Assembly: GCA_009694475.1 (NCBI GenBank)
Contig: SHUX01000003.1
Coordinates: 1 to 51,477 of the forward strand
From: Thermoleophilia bacterium
Lineage (GTDB): Bacteria > Actinomycetota > Thermoleophilia > Gaiellales > F1-60-MAGs149
Length of the DNA: 51,477 nt
Direction: 5' to 3'
Made by a program: the position numbers and the translations under genes. This document shows positions 30,643-39,825 of this stretch, piece by piece. The stretch's first letter is position 1, and the number at the start of each line of letters is the position of its first letter. The notes below the pieces were generated by a model. It worked only from the letters and a program-made list of their open reading frames with translations. It did no database searches and had not been told where the DNA came from.

Positions 30643-31929
30643 CTACATCGCGCCGAGCGCTGTCACGAGCGCCCGAAACTGCTCGCCGCGAGCGACGTAA
30701 TCAGCAAACTCGTCGAAGCTGGCGCAGGCGGGCGCAAGCAGCACATGCTGACCAGCACTCGAATCGTGCGCGGCCGTGTGGAAGGCGGCGGCAAAATCCT
30801 CACACAGCACTGCATCGACACCGGCCTCGGCCAGCGTGTCGACCATACGCGCCCCCGCTGGCCCCGTCAGATAGGCGCAGAGAATGCGGCCGGGCAGTGC
30901 GGCGGCGAGCGGCGCAAAATCGGCGCCCTTATCGCTCCCACCGAGAATCAACCGCACGGCGCCATCGGGAAACGCAGTCAGCGCCTTGAGCGTCGCATCG
31001 ACATTCGTCGCCTTCGAGTCGTTCCAGAACCGTACACCTCCCAAGCTGCCGCAATCTTCAAGTCGGTGTGGGACGGGCACGAAATCGCGCACGGCCGCGG
31101 CAACGCAATCGAGCGAGACACCGACAGCCTGCACGAGCGCGGCGGCCACAGCCACGTTCTCGCGATTGTGGTCGCCCAGCAGCAGCCCGTGCGCAAACCC
31201 AAGTGCCTCCGCATCCGCGCCACGAACACGCACGATCTCTCCATCACCAGGCAGGCGCGAGAGGTCGGCGCAACGAGGATCGTCGTCGTTGAGGACAGCG
31301 ACGTCGCTAACGTCCTGGGTCTCAAAGATCCGCAACTTCGCGCGCTCGTAGGCTTCGATGGAGCCGTGTCGATCTAGATGATCCGGCGTGATGTTCGTCA
31401 CCGCCGCGGCATCACACCGAAAGCTGATGATGTCCTCTAACTGAAAACTCGACAGTTCGCAGACCACGATAGAGCCCTGCGGGAGGTGCACGGCGACGTC
31501 ACACAGGGCGGTGCCTACATTGCCGCAGACGACGTATGGCAATGCAGCCGCGTAGAGCATCGCGCCGACTAGCTCGGTCGTTGTAGTCTTGCCATTGGTT
31601 CCCGTCACCCCAATCACGCGCGCGCCGGGCGGTAGCAGCCGATAGCCGAGCTCGGCCTCCGCCCAAATCGGCAGCGCGAGTGCTCGCGCCGCGACGAGCA
31701 GTGGATGGGCGCTCGGGACGCCTGGACTCTTGATGACGACGTCGAACTCCGCCACGTCGACGGCCTCCGGCGCCACGATGGCGCAGGGCGCGTCGGTACT
31801 CTCGGTTGGCTCGTCGTCGACGAGCGTCACCTCCACGCCAGCCTCCAGCAACGCTCGTGCCGCGGCGCAACCAGAGCGCGCAGCGCCAAGCACGAGCGGA
31901 TGTCTCGGTAACTCGAGGTCGCCGCTCAT
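30643..31929 (-). CDS. murD: UDP-MurNAc-L-Ala--D-glutamate ligase
   Basis: KSPGVP, TGTNGKTTT, ELSSFQLE, PDHLDRH, NDSKATN and LLAPACASFD motifs. Confidence 0.96.
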   Translation of the reverse strand: MSGDLELPRHPLVLGAARSGCAAARALLEAGVEVTLVDDEPTESTDAPCAIVAPEAVDVAEFDVVIKSPGVPSAHPLLVAARALALPIWAEAELGYRLLPPGARVIGVTGTNGKTTTTELVGAMLYAAALPYVVCGNVGTALCDVAVHLPQGSIVVCELSSFQLEDIISFRCDAAAVTNITPDHLDRHGSIEAYERAKLRIFETQDVSDVAVLNDDDPRCADLSRLPGDGEIVRVRGADAEALGFAHGLLLGDHNRENVAVAAALVQAVGVSLDCVAAAVRDFVPVPHRLEDCGSLGGVRFWNDSKATNVDATLKALTAFPDGAVRLILGGSDKGADFAPLAAALPGRILCAYLTGPAGARMVDTLAEAGVDAVLCEDFAAAFHTAAHDSSAGQHVLLAPACASFDEFADYVARGEQFRALVTALGAM

Positions 31930-32987
31930 GTGTACTGGTTAAAGCGCATGTAGTAGAGGACGAAAGCGATTGAGGCAAAGATCGACGCGACGATCAGGAA
32001 ACGGAACATGATCCTGGTTTCACTCCAGGCCTTCATCTCGAAGTGATGATGAATTGGCGCCATCAAAAAAACGCGCCGACCAAAGCGACGGAAGCTGATC
32101 ACTTGGATAATCACGCTGGCGGCCTCGGCCACGAAGATACCGCCGATCAGGGGCAGCAGGAGCTCTGTCTTTGTGAAGATCGCGAAACCTGCCAACGCAC
32201 CCCCGAGCGCGAGCGAGCCGGTGTCGCCCATAAAGACCTCAGCCGGATGGCTGTTAAACCAGAGAAACCCGACGCAGGCGCCCAACAGGGCGGCGGCCAG
32301 GATCGCGAGATCGAGCGTCTCGGTTGTCGCACGCTGCAGGTCGAAGAGTCCAGGGCCGGTGGTGGTGCTGTCGATGCCCGGCATCGACAGCGCGCGCTGG
32401 CCGACTTGGAAACCGATCACACACATTGATGTAAAGGCGAGCATGGCGATCGTCGAGGTACCTGCGGCCAAGCCATCCAGGCCGTCGGTGAGGTTGACGG
32501 CGTTGGAGGCACCAACCACGATCAAGAAGACCAGCACGTACCAGGCTAGACCTAGCTCGAGATGGATGTCGGCGATCGGGAGAAAGATGCGGGTCGAGAT
32601 TCCCTGATGGACGGCGATAAAGCAGATCCCGATCGAGATGATCAGCTGACCGACCAGCTTCCATCGTCCTCGCAGACCGAGCGAGCGTCGGCGAATCACG
32701 CTCAGGTAGTCGTCGATAAAGCCAATCAGTCCACAACCAATCATCGCGCCGAGCACCGCGAGGCTGCGGGCCCCGTAGGACGAGAAGATCATGTACGGCA
32801 CCAGCGTCGCGATGACGATCATGAGGCCGCCCATGGTGGGCGTGCCGGATTTGGTCTGATGCCCCTCCGGCCCTTCAAGGCGGATGCGCTGTCCGACCTT
32901 GTAGCGACGCAGGAGCGCTACGAACCGCGGACCCGCGAAGATCGAGATCAGGATCGCGACAACGCCGGAAGCGAGCACGTTGGTCAT
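31926..32987 (-). CDS. mraY: Phospho-N-acetylmuramoyl-pentapeptide transferase
   Basis: KSGTPTMGG, GFIDD, NAVNLTDGLDGLA, FMGDTGS and MAPIHHHFE motifs. Confidence 0.97.
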   Translation of the reverse strand: MTNVLASGVVAILISIFAGPRFVALLRRYKVGQRIRLEGPEGHQTKSGTPTMGGLMIVIATLVPYMIFSSYGARSLAVLGAMIGCGLIGFIDDYLSVIRRRSLGLRGRWKLVGQLIISIGICFIAVHQGISTRIFLPIADIHLELGLAWYVLVFLIVVGASNAVNLTDGLDGLAAGTSTIAMLAFTSMCVIGFQVGQRALSMPGIDSTTTGPGLFDLQRATTETLDLAILAAALLGACVGFLWFNSHPAEVFMGDTGSLALGGALAGFAIFTKTELLLPLIGGIFVAEAASVIIQVISFRRFGRRVFLMAPIHHHFEMKAWSETRIMFRFLIVASIFASIAFVLYYMRFNQYT

Positions 32988-34354
32988 GCTGCGGTGTCCC
33001 CGAGGCGCTCTGCGAGCAGAGCCGGCACGACCTCTAGTCCGGCGGCACGCGAACCCTTGACGAGCACGCGATCGCCCGCCTGCAGCGTCGTCAGCAGCAG
33101 CTCGACGGCAGCGTCGGCGTCGGCGACCGCTAAGCCAGCCACGTCATCACCGGCTCCGTCGAGATAGGCGCGTGCGAGATCCCCCACGGCGACCACCATA
33201 TCGACCCCGACCCTCGCTGCGAGCGCTCCAGCCTCGCGGTGGTACCGCTCTGCCTCTGGCCCGAGCTCGGCCATCAGCCCCAGCACGGCGATACGACGCC
33301 CCTCTGTGGGGGTCTCTGCCAACAGCCGCAACGCTGCCTCCAGTGAGGCCGGGTTGGCGTTGTAGGCATCGTTGACGATGTCGATGCTGCTGCCAATGCG
33401 CTGTGTTTCGCCACGCCAGCGCGGCAGGGGAATATCGCTTGCGCGCTCGGCGACACGTTCAAGGTCGAGACCGAGCAGGTGGCAAACGGCGATGACAGCA
33501 GCCAAATTGCGAGCATGGTGCCGGCCAAGGAGATTGGTATTGAGGGCGAGGATCTCGCCCTGAACGAGATATTTTAGGTCCTGTCCATCAGCGCGAACGA
33601 TCCGATCGACGAGTTGGACATCCGAGCCAGCCTCATCGCCAAAGGTCGTAATCTGCGCGTCGGCTGGCAGGTACGGGTCCAGCAGCGGTTCGGCAAACGG
33701 CAGAACCAGCAGTCCACCGTTGCGGAGCCCCTCGGCGATCTCCGCCTTGGCCGCCGCAATCGCCTCAGGCGAGCCGAGCAGTTCCATATGCGCCACGCCG
33801 ACGTTCGTAATCACAGCGATGTCGGGAGCGGCAATTGCGCACAGTTCGGCAATCTGCCCTTTGCCGCGCATTGCCAACTCGCAGACCACAACCTCGGTGT
33901 CCTCGTTGATGCGCGTGAGGGTCAGCGGATAGCCAATCTCGTTGTTGTGCCCCTCAAGCGCGGTGACGACCCGCCGTTGGTCAGCGATCAGGTGCGCAAG
34001 CGCGTCCTTCGTGGAGGTTTTGCCCGTGCTGCCGGTAATGCCGACGCGCCGTGCCAGCGTGGCCGACGCGTTGACATCACCGAGACACTGCAGGCAGCGA
34101 ATACTCGAGAACGTCGCCAGAATCGTCGGGATCGTGGTCTCGAGCGCCCCTTCGACGTGGTCCTCTTCGACGACGACCGCAATTGCGCCGGCGGCCGTGG
34201 CCGCCTCGATGTGATCGACTCCGCCACGAATGGCGACAAAGAGATCACCAGGCTCGACCAGTCGCGAGTCGATCGCGACGCCCGTGGCCCGCGCCTCAGG
34301 GTCGCCACGCATGACAATCGAGGCCGGTACATCGACGAGTTTGAGGGGAATCAC
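32984..34354 (-). CDS. murF: UDP-MurNAc-tripeptide--D-Ala-D-Ala ligase
   Basis: GITGSTGKTSTK, HNNEIG.PLT, NDAYNANP, MAELG and VLVKGSR motifs. GTGA overlap with the murE stop. Confidence 0.95.
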   Translation of the reverse strand: MIPLKLVDVPASIVMRGDPEARATGVAIDSRLVEPGDLFVAIRGGVDHIEAATAAGAIAVVVEEDHVEGALETTIPTILATFSSIRCLQCLGDVNASATLARRVGITGSTGKTSTKDALAHLIADQRRVVTALEGHNNEIGYPLTLTRINEDTEVVVCELAMRGKGQIAELCAIAAPDIAVITNVGVAHMELLGSPEAIAAAKAEIAEGLRNGGLLVLPFAEPLLDPYLPADAQITTFGDEAGSDVQLVDRIVRADGQDLKYLVQGEILALNTNLLGRHHARNLAAVIAVCHLLGLDLERVAERASDIPLPRWRGETQRIGSSIDIVNDAYNANPASLEAALRLLAETPTEGRRIAVLGLMAELGPEAERYHREAGALAARVGVDMVVAVGDLARAYLDGAGDDVAGLAVADADAAVELLLTTLQAGDRVLVKGSRAAGLEVVPALLAERLGDTAA

Positions 34355-35766
34355 GCCAACACCTCGCGCGCAACCACGCGATCGTCGAAGGGCGTCACGA
34401 CGCCGCCACTGTCCTGGCCCTGCTCGTGGCCCTTGCCGGCGATCAGAACGACGTCGCCCGGCCCTGCCAAGGCAATCGAGCGGGCGATCGCAGCGCGACG
34501 GTCCAACTCGACCTCTACCTGACCCTCGGCACCGACGAGCGCTTCGTCGACAATCGCCTGGGGGTCCTCGGAGCGCGGATTGTCGGATGTGATGATCACA
34601 TGGTCGGCCAGCGCACACGCCACACGAGCCATCTCGGGCCGCTTGCCACGATCGCGATCGCCCCCACAGCCGAACACGACGATCACGCGTCCGCTTGCGA
34701 GTTGCCGCAGCGCGCGTAGGACGTTGGCGAGTGCGTCCGCCGTGTGCGCGTAGTCGACGATGACGGCGAAGGGCTCGTCGCTGCTGACAACCTCGAGGCG
34801 CCCAGGCACGCCTGGCACTGCGGCGAGTCCGGTCACTATGGACTCCATGCCAAGACCAGCTAAGCCGGCTGTGCTGGCGGCCGCCAGCGCGTTCTCGACG
34901 TTAAAGAGCCCGACGAGGTGCGTCTCGATATTGGCCTCGCCCCACGGGCTGCAAAGGCGAAAACGCGTGCCGGCAGGGCCGAGCGAGATCTGCTCGGCAC
35001 GAACCTCGGCAGCGGCCGTAGCGACGCCGAAGCGGAGGTCTGCGGCAAGCTTGCAGCCGTAGGCATCGTCGGCGTTCGTAGCTGTCGGGCAGCGTCCATC
35101 GAACAGCAATGCCTTCGCCGCGAAATAGGCGTCCATGCTCGGGTGGTAGTCGAGATGATCACGCGTCAGGTTGGTAAAGGCCGCAGCGGCAAACCTGACT
35201 CCCCCCTCGCGCTGCTGCTCGAGGGCGTGCGACGAGACCTCCATCGCGCAGGCCGTGTCGCCGGCGTCGACCATGCGACGCAGATCGCGATGGAGATCGA
35301 TCGCCTCTGCTGTCGTACGCGCTGCTGCCTCACCAGTACCACCAATCCGTCGTTCAATCGTGCCGAGTAGACCGGTCTGATGCCCGGCCGCCGTCAGGAT
35401 TGCGTGCTGGAGGTAGGCCGTCGTCGTCTTACCGTTGGTGCCGGTGACGGCCAGCACGCGGAGGTCGTGCGAGGGGTGACCAAAAAACGTGTCTGCGAGG
35501 GGGCCCATCACGGCGCGTGTGGACGCAGCGACAACCTGCACAACGGCGATTGGCAGCACACGCTCAACGACGAGGGCGACTGCACCAGCGGCGATAGCCG
35601 CCTCGGCGTGGTCGTGTCCGTCCGTGCTCGTACCTGGAGCGCAGAAGAACAATGTCCCGTCGGCGACCCGTCGCGAGTCGTACGCGAGATCGACGACGTC
35701 AACTCCAGCAATTGGGAGCGTCGTGCCCCGCGCTAGAACGGGACCGAGGAGGTCCGTAAGCAGCAC
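34351..35766 (-). CDS. murE: UDP-MurNAc-dipeptide--diaminopimelate ligase
   Basis: TGTNGKTT, MEVSSH, TNLTRDHLDYH, VDYAHT, FGCGGDRD and AGKGHE motifs; DNPR is the DAP-type specificity motif. Confidence 0.96.
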   Translation of the reverse strand: MLLTDLLGPVLARGTTLPIAGVDVVDLAYDSRRVADGTLFFCAPGTSTDGHDHAEAAIAAGAVALVVERVLPIAVVQVVAASTRAVMGPLADTFFGHPSHDLRVLAVTGTNGKTTTAYLQHAILTAAGHQTGLLGTIERRIGGTGEAAARTTAEAIDLHRDLRRMVDAGDTACAMEVSSHALEQQREGGVRFAAAAFTNLTRDHLDYHPSMDAYFAAKALLFDGRCPTATNADDAYGCKLAADLRFGVATAAAEVRAEQISLGPAGTRFRLCSPWGEANIETHLVGLFNVENALAAASTAGLAGLGMESIVTGLAAVPGVPGRLEVVSSDEPFAVIVDYAHTADALANVLRALRQLASGRVIVVFGCGGDRDRGKRPEMARVACALADHVIITSDNPRSEDPQAIVDEALVGAEGQVEVELDRRAAIARSIALAGPGDVVLIAGKGHEQGQDSGGVVTPFDDRVVAREVLA

Positions 35767-35850
35767 TATGCGACTAATCCTAGTCCGCGCACCCCGTGCA
35801 TGCCTCTGTTCTGGCCGTTTCCACGTCGCGATCGGCTCCGGGTGCTCGGC

Positions 35851-37602
35851 CTACCCCGTCGTCGTGCTGGGTTGATCCTGCTGGATGCCGAGCGCAATCA
35901 GAGCTCGCTCGGTCAGTTTGGCAAAGGCCGGCCCAGCGACTTCGCCGCCGTAGTACTGACCTCCGCGCGGCTGGTCGACCATGATCAGTGTCAGGACACG
36001 CGGGTTCTTGACCGGAGCGAAGCCGACGAACCAGGCCAGGTACCGGTGATCAGAATACTCACCATTTTTGTCAATCTTCTTCGTGGTCCCGGTCTTGCCT
36101 GCGACCGAATAGCCTGGGATTTGTGCTGCCGAGCCCGTACCCTGGTCGGAGACAACACCCTCGAGCATGCCGATGAGCGTACGCGCGGCACGGGCTGGCA
36201 TGACGCGTTTTTGCTGGAGTCCAACAGGTCCTTGGCCGTCGATCCGCGTCACGACGTGAGGCGTGGTCTGCACACCGCTGTTGGCGATCGTGGCATACAG
36301 TTGAGCGATCTGAATTGGCGTTGCCGCGATACCGTGGCCAATCGGAATGTTGAGAGGTGAGGTACCCGACCAATCCTGATACGCCGGCACGATGCCCGCT
36401 ACCTCACCGGGTAGGTCGATGCCTGTTGGCATGCCAAAGCCAAAGCGATCGATCCACTGGGATAGCACGCTGTCCTTGGCACCAGACGTCGAGAGGTGCT
36501 CGTAGGCGAGTTTGGCAATGCCGATGTTGGAGGACTCGCGGAGCGCCTCCGTGGCCGTCTTGACGCCGGGATTGGGATGCGAGTCGTGCAGGATGCCGTC
36601 GTACAGTTGCCATCCGTCGCCAACGTCTACCGTTGTTGTCGGCTGGATGCGTCCGGTTGCGAGCCCCGCCCCCAACGTGACTGCCTTAAACGTCGAGCCT
36701 GGCTCGTAGACGTCGGTGATTCCACGCAGGCGAACTTGGTCATTCGTAGCCTGCCGATAGTCCCCGTTTGTGGGAGCGGGAGCAGATGCCATTGCGAGGA
36801 TCTCCCCGGTCTTCGGGTCCATCACGATCGCGGTCACGGCCTTCGCGCGATAGGTCGCGCGCGTCTCTGCCGTAACCCCCTCCGCCTCAATCTGGATCTG
36901 CCGGTCGAGCCCGGTGCTAATCGTGTGGCCGGGGCGCATGACCTCGGTCCGGATCACGCTGATGGCGTTGCCACCTGGATCCTCCGTGCGCACCTCGAGA
37001 CCATCCGTGCCGCGCAAGATCTTGTCGTATTGCAGCTCGAGCCCGGCGAGGCCCTTGCCCTCCAGATCGGTCACGCCGATCACTGGAGTGGCGATCGCAC
37101 TTGGGTAGACCCGGCGATCCTCGGCAGTAAAGTCAAGTCCTTTTAGCCCCATCGCCTGGACGCGTTTGGCGGCCGCTTCGGGGACTTGGCGCGCCAGATC
37201 GACGTGGACGGCACCCGTTCCTTCGAGCCGCTGCATGATCGTGTCGGGAGACTCTCCGCTGGCTTCGGCGATGGCGGCCACCACCCGCGCCGGGTCGCTA
37301 ATCATCGCTGGTGTGGCACCAATCGTGCTGGCCTGTTCGGTCATGGCCAAGCGATAGCCATCACGGTCGAGAATGGCGCCGCGCGGTGCAGTCGTGACCA
37401 GCTCAACGCGATGCTGCCCACTGGCGCGCTTGGCGTACCAGCCTCCATCGACGACCTGCATTTGGACGGCCCGCCCAAGGCAGACCGCGAGGCAGAGCGC
37501 TGCCGCAACCAGCAACCAGCGAATGCGTCGCGCCGGCGGAGGGGTCGTGCGTTGACGGACGGGGCGGCGCGGCGTTCTCGGAGGAGCGGAGCGCGTTGCC
37601 AC
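35851..37602 (-). CDS. ftsI: Class B penicillin-binding protein FtsI
   Basis: N-terminal TM; RGAILDR, GLAGLE, YEPGSTFK (SxxK), SSN and AGKTGT motifs. Confidence 0.95.
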   Translation of the reverse strand: MATRSAPPRTPRRPVRQRTTPPPARRIRWLLVAAALCLAVCLGRAVQMQVVDGGWYAKRASGQHRVELVTTAPRGAILDRDGYRLAMTEQASTIGATPAMISDPARVVAAIAEASGESPDTIMQRLEGTGAVHVDLARQVPEAAAKRVQAMGLKGLDFTAEDRRVYPSAIATPVIGVTDLEGKGLAGLELQYDKILRGTDGLEVRTEDPGGNAISVIRTEVMRPGHTISTGLDRQIQIEAEGVTAETRATYRAKAVTAIVMDPKTGEILAMASAPAPTNGDYRQATNDQVRLRGITDVYEPGSTFKAVTLGAGLATGRIQPTTTVDVGDGWQLYDGILHDSHPNPGVKTATEALRESSNIGIAKLAYEHLSTSGAKDSVLSQWIDRFGFGMPTGIDLPGEVAGIVPAYQDWSGTSPLNIPIGHGIAATPIQIAQLYATIANSGVQTTPHVVTRIDGQGPVGLQQKRVMPARAARTLIGMLEGVVSDQGTGSAAQIPGYSVAGKTGTTKKIDKNGEYSDHRYLAWFVGFAPVKNPRVLTLIMVDQPRGGQYYGGEVAGPAFAKLTERALIALGIQQDQPSTTTG

Positions 37603-37603
37603 G

Positions 37604-38041
37604 TTAGTGAGTCTGCAGATCCTTCGGGATCTTGATGGGCAGCGTGCGCATCGCCTGTGACGGCACCAGCACCATGCCGTAGGCGGCCGCAGCCTGCTCC
37701 ACGCGCCCGTCGGCGAGGCGTTGCTCTGTCTCGGCCTGGATGTTCGAGGCGTCGTTCTGGGTTGCCTCGACCTGCGTGCGCAACTCGCCAGCCTGCATCG
37801 TGGACCGCAACGACGAGACGTGGAGAAAGACGATCACCGACAGCACGACACCGACGAGGGCAATCAGCGTGGCGATCCAAAATGGCGCGAGCCGTCCACC
37901 GACGGATGCCCGTGCTGTGCGGCTGTGGTGCGTCGTTGCACGCCGGCGCGGTGCTGCTTTGACACCGCTAATTGGGCGTGGAGCGGGCTTGCGTCGCGGC
38001 CGCGAGGGGGCTGTGCTCGGGCGTGGAACGGCGACGGCCAT
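37604..38041 (-). CDS. ftsL: FtsL-like cell division protein
   Basis: Basic N-terminus, single TM and coiled coil ending RVEQAAAAYGMV; located between rsmH and ftsI. Confidence 0.75.
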   Translation of the reverse strand: MAVAVPRPSTAPSRPRRKPAPRPISGVKAAPRRRATTHHSRTARASVGGRLAPFWIATLIALVGVVLSVIVFLHVSSLRSTMQAGELRTQVEATQNDASNIQAETEQRLADGRVEQAAAAYGMVLVPSQAMRTLPIKIPKDLQTH

Positions 38042-39012
38042 CAGGCGGCGTCCTGCGTGAGTGCTGCGGTCGTGCGTTCGGCGACGCGCAACCGCGATGA
38101 CGCTGCACGAGGATTGCGGTCCAACTCGGCCGAGCCGGGGCGAATCACGCGTGTCGTGAGGACACGCAGCGTGGCCTCACGAGCGCAACCGCAGATCGGC
38201 AGATCCGGCGGGCAGGTGCAGGGTGCGGAGGCGTCGCGGAAGCGCTCCTTGACGATGCGGTCCTCGAGCGAGTGGAACGAGATGACGGCGATTCGACCAC
38301 CCGGCTTGAGAATGTGCATTGCCGCATCGAGGCCCTCTTCGACCATCGCCAGCTCGTCGTTGACGGCGATCCGCAGCGACTGGAAGACGCGCTTGGCGGG
38401 ATGGCCTGAGCCGAACTGCGCGGGCGTGGGGATGGCGTGACGAATCGTGTCGACTAGATCAGCACTGCGCTCGTACGGCTGCGAGGTACGGCGGCGGCAG
38501 ATGGCACGGGCGATCTGCCGGCTGTAGCGCTCTTCGCCGTAGCGGCTGAAGAGATCGGCGAGGTCGCGCTCTGACAGTTCGGCGAGCAGGTCGGCAGCGG
38601 TCTGTCCCCCGCGCGGGTCCATGCGCATGTCGAGCGGCGCATCGACGGCGTAGGAGAAGCCGCGTTCGGGCTGGTCGATCTGCATCGACGAGACGCCTAG
38701 GTCGAGCAGCATCGCGTCGGCCTGCACGCCCTCGACGGCGAGTGAGCGGAAGCCGTCAACGAAGTCGCGCTTAAGCAGGCGTACAGCCATATCGGGGTGC
38801 GAGGCTCGGAACGAGCGAGCGCGGTTCTCGACGGACGGGTCACGATCGATGGCGACGTAGGCGCCACGTCCCTGCATCAACTCGGCCAGCATCGTGGCGT
38901 GGCCGCCAGCACCAAAGGTGCCGTCGACGACAGTCATGCCGGGCTGCACGTCGAGGAGAGCAACGACCTCGTGCGCGAGTACAGGATCGTGGATAGCGGC
39001 GTTAGTGGGCAT
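38041..39012 (-). CDS. rsmH: 16S rRNA m4C1402 methyltransferase
   Basis: HDPVL, VDGTFGAGGHA, DLGVSSMQID, PLDMRMD, ISFHSLEDR and NPRA.SSRLR motifs. Confidence 0.96.
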   Translation of the reverse strand: MPTNAAIHDPVLAHEVVALLDVQPGMTVVDGTFGAGGHATMLAELMQGRGAYVAIDRDPSVENRARSFRASHPDMAVRLLKRDFVDGFRSLAVEGVQADAMLLDLGVSSMQIDQPERGFSYAVDAPLDMRMDPRGGQTAADLLAELSERDLADLFSRYGEERYSRQIARAICRRRTSQPYERSADLVDTIRHAIPTPAQFGSGHPAKRVFQSLRIAVNDELAMVEEGLDAAMHILKPGGRIAVISFHSLEDRIVKERFRDASAPCTCPPDLPICGCAREATLRVLTTRVIRPGSAELDRNPRAASSRLRVAERTTAALTQDAA

Positions 39013-39436
39013 CACGGACCAGGCGCTCTGCGACATTTTCGGCGCTCCCTTCCAAGTCGGCGAGGCCACGTTCCCAGGCCCCGCGATCCCAAATTTCGAG
39101 TCGATCACGTACACCAACAACGACGATTTCTCGTTGCAGGACGGCGTGCTGCATCAGTGGTGCGGGGAGAGCGACGCGTCCCTGTCGATCGAGTTCGGCT
39201 TCGACAGCCCCACCAAAGAGGAAACGCTCGAGCTGGCGACCCTCACGCGTAAATGGGTCGAGTCGTGCGGTCTGCAGCTCGACAAAGCTCTCCCAGCCGT
39301 CACGGGCGTAGATCGCGACGCAGTGATCGAGGCCACGCGTCACGAACAAGCCATCGGCAAATGGCTCGCGCAGACGAGCAGGAACCGTCACGCGGTTCTT
39401 CTCGTCGAGCTTCTGAGCGTATTCACCAAGCAGCAT
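39002..39436 (-). CDS. mraZ: Division/cell wall cluster transcriptional repressor MraZ
   Basis: LGEY...LDEKNRVTVP, LDRQGRVALP and GVRDRLEIW motifs. Confidence 0.96.
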   Translation of the reverse strand: MLLGEYAQKLDEKNRVTVPARLREPFADGLFVTRGLDHCVAIYARDGWESFVELQTARLDPFTREGRQLERFLFGGAVEAELDRQGRVALPAPLMQHAVLQREIVVVGVRDRLEIWDRGAWERGLADLEGSAENVAERLVRDAH

Positions 39437-39496
39437 TTGGGGTCATTTCTTTGGTGTCCGGAGCCCCCACTCGGGTTCCCCGTCTGTACCAAGATG

Positions 39497-39529
39497 CCCC
39501 ACCTTACCCCACTTTGTCCCACTTTGCAA
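39497..39529 (-). promoter_or_regulatory. dcw promoter (TTGCAA-N17-TAAGGT) overlapped by three MraZ boxes (GTGGG[A/G], 10-nt period)
   Basis: Minus strand reads TTGCAAA-GTGGGA-CAAA-GTGGGG-TAAG-GTGGGG, matching the established GTG-repeat MraZ binding pattern. Confidence 0.85.
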
Positions 39530-39544
39530 CTATTACGTTTAATA

Positions 39545-39558
39545 CGAACATACGTTCG
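39545..39558. promoter_or_regulatory. LexA (SOS/Cheo) box CGAAC-ATAC-GTTCG
   Basis: Exact match to the Gram-positive consensus CGAAC-RNRY-GTTCG, inside a 10-bp-arm inverted repeat TAATACGAAC-ATAC-GTTCGTATTA (39540-39563). Confidence 0.75.
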
Positions 39559-39718
39559 TATTAGCATGGTTGAGCGAAAAAAGCGCCTCAGACCCGATCT
39601 CACCCCCACACCTTTGTGACAGCACACAAAGGCCATCCCCCACCACACCCCACTACCCGCGGCACGCTTGATCTAACGAACAAGACCACATCACAGCGCG
39701 ATCAAACAACGCCCCTCA

Positions 39719-39766
39719 ATCCAAGGCGGACATGACAAGTGCGCACTTGTCATGTCCGCCTTGGAT
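39719..39766. repeat. Perfect 48-bp palindrome without spacer (REP/MITE-like or terminator)
   Basis: ATCCAAGGCGGACATGACAAGTGC|GCACTTGTCATGTCCGCCTTGGAT. Confidence 0.9.
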
Positions 39767-39825
39767 CACGAGTGGCCCCGGATCGCGACCTCGCGCCCGA
39801 ACAAATACTCCGAACGAGCGGTCAA

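Noticed and set aside
39611-39632. Crp site (TGTGA...)
   Set aside because: The second half-site and spacing do not fit TGTGA-N6-TCACA; it is better described as a short hairpin CCTTTGTG/CACAAAGG.
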